From positions 87,298,001-87,362,000 of the forward strand of contig CM059432.1 in the NCBI GenBank assembly GCA_030390025.1: DNA of 64,000 nucleotides, read 5' to 3'. Positions 53,051 to 63,276 of this stretch are shown in pieces (the stretch's first letter is position 1; each line of letters opens with the position of its first letter). The stretch comes from Squalus acanthias. Lineage: Eukaryota. The notes below the pieces were generated by a model. The model was not told the origin of the DNA. It saw only the letters and a list, made by a program, of their open reading frames with translations, and did no database searches. The position numbers were made by a program, and so were the translations under genes.

Positions 53051-54496
53051 TGGTGTATTATCTTAAGCTGGCCCTTGTGTATTCTGCGGCTGATAGTAGT
53101 TGTGAGGATCTACCTCCTTACCTCCACTAGGTTTATTTCTCAGGCTTCCTTCAAGCTTTCTGTGTTTTATTTTCATCTAGGAGGCAAACAAAGGGTTTGA
53201 GATGTGTTTGCGGAGTCTCTAGGGGAGTCCAGGCATAATTCTTGGTGGGCGAAATGGGTTGGCTGCTGCTGTAATTTTTGGAATGTGGCTACATGTTTAA
53301 TTTCGTACTGGCTAAGGTTAAATTTATCTGTCAACTGTTGGAAAATGTTATCTTTCTACTAAAAGTTTGAATATATTAAAACACTCAGAACACATTGCAC
53401 ATCATCAGTGATAAACAAATGATTAGTTATAATTTAAGTACATACTGACAATTGTGCACTTGTAGATGATTGACTTAGGTTTTTAAATGTAATTTCACGC
53501 TGTTCGGTAGAGAAATGATCTGTATTTAAAACAAATTATAAAGCAGAAATATAAATTATAGGGTGTGTGGTATCACTGTCATGAATAATAAAGTCAGGCA
53601 TGCAAATATCTGACCAATTACTATCACAGAAAGAATTTGTGCTGCTGTTATGGTAGGAATTGCTTTATGACTGATTGATTTTTCATTCAGAATGCACAGC
53701 TTGCTCACAGAGCTGAGTCTTTTATGCTTCTTGATATAATTCCATTTGGAAATATCGCTGGTGTAGCTGAATATTTGTAGCTGAAAAATCACTGTTGCCC
53801 CTCTATTTATCAGCCTTTGTGTCTGTGCTTTTCTTTCTCTCATTTCCACCCTCAATATCTCTCTTGTGCCAGTCTTTGTTTTGGTTCGTCGCTCTTTCCT
53901 AGTGTTTTTCTGTCTCTCTAGTTACTTCTTTATTGCGCTAGTGCTGCTGGGTTCCCCAACTGCCGGGTTTTGGTGCAGTCAACTGTAAGCCAAAGGTAAA
54001 ACTGATGGGGTTTGCTAAGAGTGGCTGCTGGAGAGACCTGGTTTTAGCAGGGCTTCTTGGTCGCAGGTCTTAGTGAGTCACGGCAGCTTTATATTTGCCT
54101 TGTAGCTGGTTGCACAAGACCTGCACTCAGAGAACCTGATGTCAGTAGTGCAAGAGCGGGGGAGTGGGACTAATTGGATTGCTCTTTCAAAGAGCCAGCA
54201 CAGGCATGATGGGCCGAATTGTCTCCTTCTGTGCTGTAAGATTCTATGATTGCATGAAAGTGCCTTCTGCCTTGAGCTGAACTGGACTATTGGATGAGTA
54301 TTGGAATGGTTGAGTGCTACATCTGCTGTCCAGTTATATTAGTGCGTATGAAAATCAGCACTGACATATTCACCTGTAGCAGGAAAGGGGCTCTTATTTA
54401 TACCCTGCGCCATGAATATATTAGCCTGGATTTTCCTCTCCAGAGCTAGCCATTCCCCTAGCTTATCTATTCCAGTATACCTATGACACTGACACC

Positions 54497-55012
54497 TACC
54501 CGATAATATGGAAGATGGCTAGATATGGCCTATTCACAAAAAACAAGGCAAATCTAATCCGGCTAATTACCACCCTATCAGTCTCATTAGTAAAATAATG
54601 GAAGGAGTCATCAATAGTGTAATGAAGCAACACCTGCTCTCTGATGCTCAGTTCAGGTTCTGCCAGGACCACTTGGCTCCAGACCTCATCACAGCTTTGA
54701 TGCAGACTTGGATGCAAGAGCTGAATGCCAGAGGAGAGGTGAGAGAAGTAGTCCATGACATGAATGCAGCATATGACTAAGTTTGGCACCAATAAACCCT
54801 AGCAAAACCGAAGTCAACGTGTTTTATAGGGAAAGACCGCTAGTGGCTGGAGTCATACCTGATGTACAGTAGTTGGTCATGGTTGCCACAGCCAATCATC
54901 ACAGCCCGAGGACATTGCTGCAGGAGTTCCTCAGGGAAGAGTCCTTAGCCCAACTATCTTCAACTTTTCCATTAATGGCCTTCCATCTATTATAAGGTCA
55001 GAAGCGTGGCTG
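54497..55012 (+). mobile_element. RT fragment of the 9768-11460 LINE family, cut off by the LTR at 55013
   Basis: MEGVINSVMKQHLLSDAQFRFCQDHLAPDLITAL, GVPQGRVLSP; breaks just before the FADD motif. Confidence 0.8.
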
Positions 55013-55974
55013 TGTAAGCTTTTTATTTCGACTGGCATTAAATTGACAGCAAGACCAATTCTTTTGAAACAAATTGTAATAAGTTTATTAAACACACACA
55101 CTCATGCAAGTTTATTAAACACACACACTCATGCGGTTCAAGAAGACGGCTCACCACCACCTTCTCAAGGGCAACTAGGGATGGGCAATAAATGCTGACC
55201 TTGCCAGCGACGCCCAGATCCCATAAACGAATTTTTAAAAATGCACATCAAAACAATAGCCTACTGGTATTTATGGACTCTACTCAATTACAACACGTAA
55301 GGTAATGGGTTAGATTTACACAGACTGGTACTTCCCTGAGTCAAGCAATGCACGCAGCCTTTTTCCTTGCTTCTTGGTCTGGTCTGTAGAGGGAGGGCTT
55401 CTTGTTTTTCCACGTGGTTGTCCAGAGAGAGAGCGCCTTTGGGTTCCTTGTTTTATATCTTTTTAAGTCCATTGTCTCTACTCTAAATTGCTAAGACCCC
55501 ATGATTGGGTCTTAGATTCATGGCAGTTCTTGATTGGCTTTCCTTTGAACATGTGTCTGTCTGCAGTGGCTGGTGCCATTTCTTGCTTAAGTTAATTGTT
55601 TGTTATGATGTGAAGATGCCGGTGTTGGACTGGGGTGGACAAAAGTGAGAAGTCGCACAACACCAGGTTATAGTCCAACAGTTTGTGATTTCAAATAAAA
55701 CTGTTGGACTATAACCTGGTGTTGTGCGACTTCTCATAATTGTTTGTTGACACCTTTTAGTGGCTCTTGAGTTTCGATGGTGAGTTTCAATGGTGAGTTT
55801 CGATGGTGTCTCTGTGGGGGGTTATCCTGTTATACAGGTTTCCTTTGTTAAGTTTCGCGCCGTTGCCTTACCCAGGGGAGATCCATACACATCAAATTTA
55901 TCCTTATTACATAAATCTTATATTAATAGTCTCGAGTCCATCACACATACAAAACATATATTTTTATTCTTACT
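55013..55974 (-). mobile_element. 3' LTR of an env-bearing LTR retroelement
   Basis: On the minus strand: purine tract AAGGCGGGGAA (55987-55977), start AGTAAG (expected TGTAAG), end CTTACA; two CCAAT boxes (about 55535, 55505), TATAAAA (about 55455), AATAAA signals (about 55085, 55023). The partner LTR is not in the window. Confidence 0.65.
55605..55736. mobile_element. 132-bp Penelope-type hairpin insertion in the LTR
   Basis: 12-bp TSD TAATTGTTTGTT (55593-55604, 55737-55748); perfect 39-bp inverted repeat 55646-55684 / 55698-55736. Confidence 0.75.
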
Positions 55975-56022
55975 GATTCCCCGCCTTGAGGGGGAAATAT
56001 CCTTATTGACCCCTCATTTGGT

Positions 56023-58065
56023 TTATCTCCTCAGGGCTTGCATATGGTGGTTCAGTTTTCGAAGGAGTTTTCTCCGGTACCAGATCATGATGATCCCCAC
56101 CACTACAATTATGGCTTGTGCCAGTATCATAAGCATTGAGAGGGTTCTGAGCCAAGGGTGTTGTCCTACATTATACATTGTTTCCCACCATGGGCTGGCT
56201 CCTAGCTTTTGTATAGCTCTGCTGTTTATGGCATTGTTCTGTGTCATCTGTATTAAATGTCTCTGTGAGGTGGATGACCGCTGTAGAATGGATTTTAAAC
56301 TGAGAGAGAGGGAAGTGGATGGCCAAAGTTATCCACCGCTCTCAGGGCCTCTACTTGTTCTAGAAACTCTACCCTGAGGTCGGTGATGTTATGAATGCTT
56401 ACTGGGAGCTGCCGATGGTTCCCCAATACAGTCGGGGCGGTTGGCGTGAAACAAAAGGTGGGCGTCTTAATGGGGCACTCCTGACTCCCATGCCTCATCG
56501 TCTTGGCATTGGTGGTCACGCAATATTCCCCATGACTCGTGTACGCATACTGGGCCTGATTCGGTCCCCACCTCGTAAGGTGTACGCCACACGCAGGGGG
56601 TTCACTATCCAGAATGAACTCGCAGGCTGGGCGCCCTGGGTTTCTCACGTTGCACCTGCACAGGTAAGCCCCGCCCCTATCAGAACAGCATTCCGTGTTG
56701 GGGCTCTCCCAAGTCTGGTCCTTTTTAATTAGGATCGGTGGGTGGTTGTCATACCCCAGGTAAACCTCCTCCTCTAGTCTCCCAATTGACTCCACGCGGA
56801 ACACCTCCCATTCCTGCCTTCTTTCTAATCGGGGCAGCCATAGTACCAGTGGGACTAGGCTCGCATCACCGTGGTGGTCATCCCCTGCTACTAGATAGGA
56901 CAGTTCGTGCTGTCGGGCTTCCACAGTGTGGTCATGGTCAGTGAACCATCCCTGAATTGTACTGTCATTGACAAAGGACGGAATGCGGTTGTCCTTAATG
57001 TCGTTTAACCCAGCCATAACCTGATCGAGCATGTAGCTCCCATAAATGGTGCACACAATGGCCTTAGAGGTATCCCTTTCAGTGGCTTTGGTGCTGTTAT
57101 ATAACAGGTTAATGTAATCCTGGACCTGTTTAAACAGGCCAGCCTCCTCTCTTATGGACAAGAGGTTCTGGGACAGTTCATGTATTACATCCCATCCCTC
57201 TTTATTTGTTCCTGTCAGGATCCCCTTAAGCTGTTTCCTCATGGTTTCACTATGCTCCCACATGCTTTCTATGTCCACACGGTTCCAGGTTGTTGTTGCT
57301 GTGTTGGCTCTGATGCCCAGCCACTCCCATAGCTCTCTCTTCTTCCTATGTCCTGGACATGTTTATCCCTTTCACGTCCTCCTCCCCACCGCTCTGGGCA
57401 TAATTCTTTTCTAGGAAGTCTTTGAGGACTTTCCTTACTAATTCATGGTAGAAGGTGGCATACTTTCGGGGGCAGAGATTCTCGGGGAGGGGTATGTCCC
57501 TGAAATGGAGAATGACTGCCACTATCTCGTACCGCACATCATTGTACAAGTGCTTGTACGTGTGTGTGATTACCAACCCGTTTTTCGGACCCTCCTTAAA
57601 TTCGGGACAGTCTCCCTGGGAGGTATTTTGGTTTTTACTGTTACTCTTGGGAATGACCCGGACCTCATATGTGGTCAAGGAAAAGCCATATTTATTTTTC
57701 TTGAAGCACTTCACCAACCCTTGGTGTCTTAAACTCATCCGTGACCAGTTGAGGGTCGCCCCTCCCTCCCCTAGGTAAGAGTTGGTCACAATCAAACTCA
57801 GAGGTTCTCTGTGATCCATCCCCGGATCCATATGGCCACCGAACTGAACCTTGAATTGATGTCCCAACGGACCCGTTCCATTGGCATACTTAGTACAATA
57901 ACATCTCCAGTGGAGACCCTCCCCTTCCCGTATTTCCAGTGCACCGTTGCTACTCAAAGTACATTCATGACATTCGTAAGTCATGCTGCAGCTCCCGCTT
58001 CCCCATCTTCCCTCGGCTTCGGTCGTGGCCAGTATCGTGCCGACAATCATAAGGATCCGTACCAT
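56023..58065 (-). pseudogene. env: env gene (about 680 codons, two frameshifts): signal peptide, Ig-like domain, RKKR furin site, fusion peptide, heptads, Cys-rich region, TM anchor
   Basis: Splice acceptor tttcccgtAG|gaccATGG. ORFs 58065-57346, 57347-56295 (RKKR/ELWEWLGI) and about 56300-56023 (W-rich then MLMILAQAIIVVVGIIMIWY RRK). It lies between the integrase and the PPT/LTR. Confidence 0.82.
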
Positions 58066-58092
58066 GGTCCTACGGGAAACAAGATCAGTGTA

Positions 58093-58386
58093 CTCTTTTT
58101 GTTGGGTGATTAAACAAAATTGACTGTAACTAATAAAACTTTAAAGGAACCTTAACAAATTAAATTAAAATTTCATTGGCCGGGGTGATGATGCACTCCA
58201 GTCAGGTGGCCCTGGAGATGGAGCACGCGGCGCCCTCCGGTCGTGGAAGGCCTCAAGCGTGCTGGCGGACACCGCGTGCTCCATCTCCAGGGCCACCTGG
58301 GCGCGAACCTGGCCGCAGAAGAGAGGCAGGCAATCGGGCCGAACGACCCCCTCAGCCGCCCTCTGCCTGGACCAGTTAATGGCCTT
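58093..58386 (-). mobile_element. 5'-truncated Tx1-clade (L1-group) retrotransposon fragment
   Basis: 14-bp TSD ACAAGATCAGTGTA (58079-58092, 58387-58400). Minus strand reads KAINWSRQ..LPLFCGQVRAQVALEMEHAVSASTLEAFHDRRAP..LECIITPANEILI*, then an AT-rich UTR. Confidence 0.65.
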
Positions 58387-58441
58387 ACAAGATCAGTGTA
58401 GTGTTTACTCTTTGTCAGTTTTTAACTGATTAATATGATAC

Positions 58442-61400
58442 TGTGGCGGATCGCCACCTAAACGGGCATTATCCACTTTTCCGTCCGTGGACAAATATCG
58501 AGCACCTTGCCTTTAAGGCACCTTACCTTTAAGGCAGGAGAGGGCGGGGCCTCAGGATTTTTACAGAGAATTCTGGGAGCAGTCTGTTCAGCCTTTTCAG
58601 ACCATGCAGTTGTATTAAAAAGTCTCTCGTTTTCCACACATGGATTCAGTCTTAATTCGTGTTTCGCGGCAGCCTCAACATTGGTGACCCCGACGCTCAG
58701 AACGTATTCCGAGCACTGCAATGGCGGACACGAACGCAGTTCCCGTGAAACTGCCGGAGTTTTGGGAAAACCAGCCCGAAGCCTGGTTTCTCCAAGCTGA
58801 ATCTCGCTTCCGGCTGCGAAACATCACCACAGATGGGACGCAGTACGACTACCTCGTCACATCACTCGGTAGCGCCACAGTTTCGAAGTTTTGGACAATG
58901 CTGCAGAACCCACCAGAGGAAGGCAAGTATGCACATCTTAAGGCAGCACTCCTTAAAAAATTTATGGCCTCGGCATATCAGCGAAACTGCCACCTCCTCG
59001 ACCTTCCAGGCCTCAGTGATGCCTCACCGTCAGACCTCCTCTCCCACATGCTCTCCCTCACCGACGAGAGCCTACCCGGATCCCTCTTCCGCACGCTGTT
59101 CATCCGCCAGCTCCCTCTCAGCATCCACCCAGCGATCGTGGCGTCCGGCCTCACGAACCTGGAAGCCCTGGCCGATGAGGCCGACAAGCTGCTGTCCGCT
59201 CACTCCAGCCGCGACGTCACTCTGGACCTGGCAGCCAATGCCTGGGCGCGCCCCTCACCGGCCACCATGCGGCCACAAGGGCCTGCCACCAGGCCCACGG
59301 GGCCTTCGCGCCCCACTAACCCGGGCCACTGTTACTACCACGCACGGTTCGGCGCCAGGGCACAACGGTGCACACCTCCCCGAACTTTCAAGTCCGCCCC
59401 TGTACCAGCCCCCGCGATGGCCGTGGGCCACGCGGGCTCCCTGCTGTTCATCACGGATGACAAAACCGGCCGCCGGTTCCTGTGCGACACTGGGGCTCAG
59501 CACAGCATCATCCCGGCCTCCTCCCTCGACATCCAAAAGGGCGAACGAGGACCGGCGCTGGCTGCTGCTAACGGCTCAGAAATCCGGACATATGGCACCC
59601 GGACAGTCACCCTCAACCTCGCTGGTCGCCGCTACCGATGGGAGTTCATCACTGCCAAGGTGCTCTCCCCTCTCATCGGCGCAGATTTCCTGTGCGCCCA
59701 CGGCCTACTGGTAGACATCCCCCGTCACCGCCTCGTGGACATGAACACCATGTCCCCCATCCTGGGCGCCATGGCCCCCCGTCAACCCGCTGACATGGCG
59801 TCACAGTGCCACGCCCGGGCCACGGATGACTACTCGGCACTCCTGGCCGAATTCCCGGCCCTTACCAATCCTACCTTCTCCGCGGAGGCCGGCAAACACG
59901 GGGTGGAACACTTCATCCCCACCACAGGCCCCCCAGTGTACGCCCACGCCCGCAGGCTGGACCCGACCAAACTGGAGATCGCGCGGACCGAGTTTGCCAC
60001 CATGGAACAGCTCGGCATCATCCGCCGCTCCAACAGTCCCTGGGCCTCCCCACTCCACATCGCCCCCAAACCAGGTGGAGGTTGGCGCCCCTGCGGGGAT
60101 TACCGCCGCCTCAACGACGCCACCACCCCTGATCGGTACCCCGTGCCGCACATTCAGGACTTCTCGGCTAGACTGGCCGGCCGCTCAGTCTTTTCCAAGG
60201 TCGACCTGGTGCGCGGCTACCACCAAGTCCCCGTCCACCCCGCGGACGTCCCCAAGACGGCTGTAATCACCCCCTTCGGCCTGTTCGAGTTCCTGCGGAT
60301 GCCCTTCGGCCTCAAAAATGCGGCCCAGGCATTCCAATGGCTCATGGACTCGGTCCTTCGGGACCTGAAGTTCCTGTTCATCTACCTGGACGACATCCTG
60401 GTAGCCAGTTCCTCCAAGCAGGAACACCTCGAACACCTTCGCATCCTGTTCGGGTGCCTCAGCGACCACGGGCTCATCCTCAGCCCAGCCAAATGCCAGT
60501 TCGGCCTGGACAAGATCGACTTCCTCGGCCACCACATCACCCATGCTGGGGCCATTCCCCTGCCCACCAAGGTGCAGGCCGTCCAACAATTTCCCCGCCC
60601 CACCACCATCAAAGGCCTCCAGGAGTTCCTCGGGATGGTGAATTTCTATAACCGCTTCATCCTCTAAGCGGCGTCCCTCATGAGGCCCCTGTATGAAGCC
60701 CTCCGGGGCAGGAGCGGCAAGATGGTGGTCGAATGGACGGCAGACGCGTCCGCCGCCTTCGACTCCACCAAGACCGCGCTCGCCAACGCCACCCTGCTCG
60801 CGCACCCACGGCCCAATGCCAGGGTAGCGCTCACCACGGACGCCTCCGATCATGCGGTTGGCGCCATGTATGATCAGTGGGTCGACGGCGCCTGGCAACC
60901 ACTTGCCTTCTTCAGCCGCCAACTACGCCGCCCGGAGGTCAAGTACAGCACCTTCGACCGCGAGCCCCTCGCGCTGTTCCTGGCGGTCCGCCATTTTCGG
61001 TTTTTGCTTGAGGGCCACCCCTTCACTGCGTTTGTCGACCACAAGCCCCTGACATTCGCAATGGCAAAGACAACCGACCCCTGGTCTGCCAGGCAGCAGC
61101 GCCAGCTCGCGGCAGTGTCCGAGTTCACCACGGACATCCAACACGTCTCCGGCCGAGACAATGTGGTAGCCGACTGCCTCTCCCGCCCCGCCATCCACGC
61201 CGCACACCTGGCAGTCGACTACGCTCAACTCGCAGCAGACCAGATCACCGACCCTGATCTGCTCTCCGCACCTACCAACCTACCAGGGCTACGCCTGGCC
61301 GACGTCGCCTGTGGCCCGACCGCAGTCACGGTCAAGTGCGACATATCCCTATTTCAACCTCAGCCCGTCGTCCCAGCGTCCTGGTGCCACCGGGTATTCG

Positions 61401-62792
61401 ACATTCTCCACAACCTCTCCCACCCCGGCGCCCGCGCATCCATCAAATTGGTAGCCAACCGCTTCGTCTGGCGCGGCCTTCGCAAGGATGTGCGTACTTG
61501 GGCCAACTCCTGCCTAGCCTGCCAACGGGCCAAGGTACAGCAACACACGAAAGCACCCCTCGAGGAGTTTACCGTCCCCTCGCGGAGATTTGACCATATC
61601 CACGTGGACATCGTCGGGCCCCTGCCGCCATCGCAAGGCCACACGCACTTGCTGACGATCGTTGACCGCACCACACGCTGGCCCGATGCAATTCCACTGA
61701 CCTCTACCACCACCGCCGACATCGCCAGAGCCTTCGTCAGCACCTGGGTCGCACGGTTCGGCGTCCCCTCCGACATGACGTCGGACAGAGGTCCGCAATT
61801 TACCTCTGAACTCTGGACCGCCGTCGCACGCAATCTCGGGGTGACCATTCACTGCACCACAGCGTACCACCCCCAAGCCAACGGACTGTGTGAGCGGTTC
61901 CACAGATCCTTGAAGGCATCTCTTCGAGCCAGCCTCCAGGACGGCGCCTGGACCGACCGACTTCCGTGGGTCCTCCTCGGCCTGCGCACCGCGGTTAAAG
62001 AAGACCTTCACGCATCTGCAGCAGAGCTCGTCTACGGTCAGCCGCTGCGCGTACCCGGCGAGTTCCTGCCCACCGCCACGACACCCTGGTCAGCCGACCA
62101 GCAACGCCACGACTTCGCCTCACCGGCGCTGCAGTTCGCCCCGGTGCCCATTGGCCGACACGGCGAATCCACCTCACACATCCCACTAAGCCTGCACCAG
62201 GCACGGTTTGTTTTCGTCCGGCACGACGCCCACCGCGGACCCCTTCAACCCCCGTACGACGGGCCCTACAAGGTGCTACAGGCTGGGGACAAATTTTTCA
62301 CCCTGCAGGTGGGCGACAGGACCGAAAAAGTGTCGGTTGACCGACTCAAGCCAGCACACTCGGAGCCCGGTGAGCAGGTCCCTGTAGCTCGTCCACCTCC
62401 ACGCGGCCGACCTGCCCTCAAGCCGGTTCACCCGGCTGCTCCACGCCCGGCCGTTCCACGTCCACCGGCGTCCTACAAGAGCCGCTCCGGCTGGCCCATC
62501 AGACCGCCGCACCGTCTCGTCCACACCTCCTAAGCGGATTCTGGGGGGAGCTGTGTGGCGGATCGCCACCTAAACGGGCATTATCCACTTTTCCGTCCGT
62601 GGACAAATATCGAGCACCTTGCCTTTAAGGCACTTTACCTTTAAGGCAGGAGTGGGTGGGGCCTCAGGGTTTTTCCAGAGAATTCTGGGAGCAGTCTGTT
62701 CAGCCTTTTTCGACCATGCAGTTGTACTAAAAAGTCTCTCGTTTTCCACACATGGATTCAGTCTTAATTCGTGTTTTGCGGCAGCCTCAACA
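58442..62792 (+). mobile_element. Complete Ty3/Gypsy LTR retrotransposon (CsRn1/Kabuki-like)
   Basis: 239-bp TG..CA LTRs at 58442-58680 and 62554-62792, ATAC TSD, tRNA-Trp PBS TGGTGACCCCGACG (58682-58695), PPT GGGGGGAG (62543-62550). Confidence 0.96.
58721..62533 (+). pseudogene. Gypsy gag-pol polyprotein with a single in-frame TAA (60665-60667)
   Basis: Gag VKLPEFW..PEAWF, CYYHARFGARAQRC; protease LCDTGA; RT YLDD; RNase H TTDASD, DHKPL, ADCLSR; integrase HHCC, HVDIVGP, SDRGPQF, NGLCER, GPY. The two ORFs share a frame. Confidence 0.93.
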
Positions 62793-63276
62793 ATACCATT
62801 TCTTGTACTTAACGCCCTTTTCCCCCGGTAACTGAATCAAATAAACCACGGGGTTCAATCTATAATCGTATGCGGTCCCCACCACCTGGGCTCAAAGGCA
62901 TGCTTCTTTTTCCCATAATTTGGAATCATTACGGTGTCCCCCACCTGATACTTGTCAAAGTACCTTTTAATTTGTCTTTTTGACTTTCCCAATTTCGTGG
63001 CCACAAATTGATTCATTTGATCGGTGTGATCTACCACTTGTTCCAGCCACTTGGAACTACATGGTTCCATTGTCAAGGGGCTCATCCCCGTTGGTGTTAG
63101 CTGGCCTGGCGTTCTCATGAGTCTGCCCGTCATGGCCTGATATGGGGAGACTCCTGTTGTTTTATGAGGTGTGGACCTCATTGCCATTAAGCACATTGGT
63201 AGCATGTTAGCCCATTGAGTGGGGTGGTCTGCACACAATTTTTTTAACATTAACTTGAGGGTCCTGTTCCCCCTTT
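62793..63276 (-). pseudogene. Integrase C-terminal part of the env-bearing element (last codons at 58437-58405)
   Basis: RGNRTLKLMLKK..W...LP.CLMAMRSTPHKTTGVSPY...VGDTVM..FEPRWWGPH. Removing the Gypsy insert restores KKWY|HINQLKTDKE*. Confidence 0.82.

Noticed and set aside
25500..54400. Exons of a neighbouring host gene (GDAP1 lies head-to-head with JPH1 in mammals)
   Set aside because: No GST-like or other host-protein ORF was recognisable; small exons could have been missed.
58381..58440. A real U2 snRNA gene or pseudogene
   Set aside because: The match is short and gapped, overlaps integrase codons (HINQLKTDKE*), and lacks the rest of U2 and the Sm site. Kept only as a target-site hypothesis.
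60665..60667. Programmed stop read-through between the two Gypsy ORFs
   Set aside because: The TAA lies inside the RT thumb/connection region, not at the gag-pol boundary; it is best explained as a nonsense mutation.
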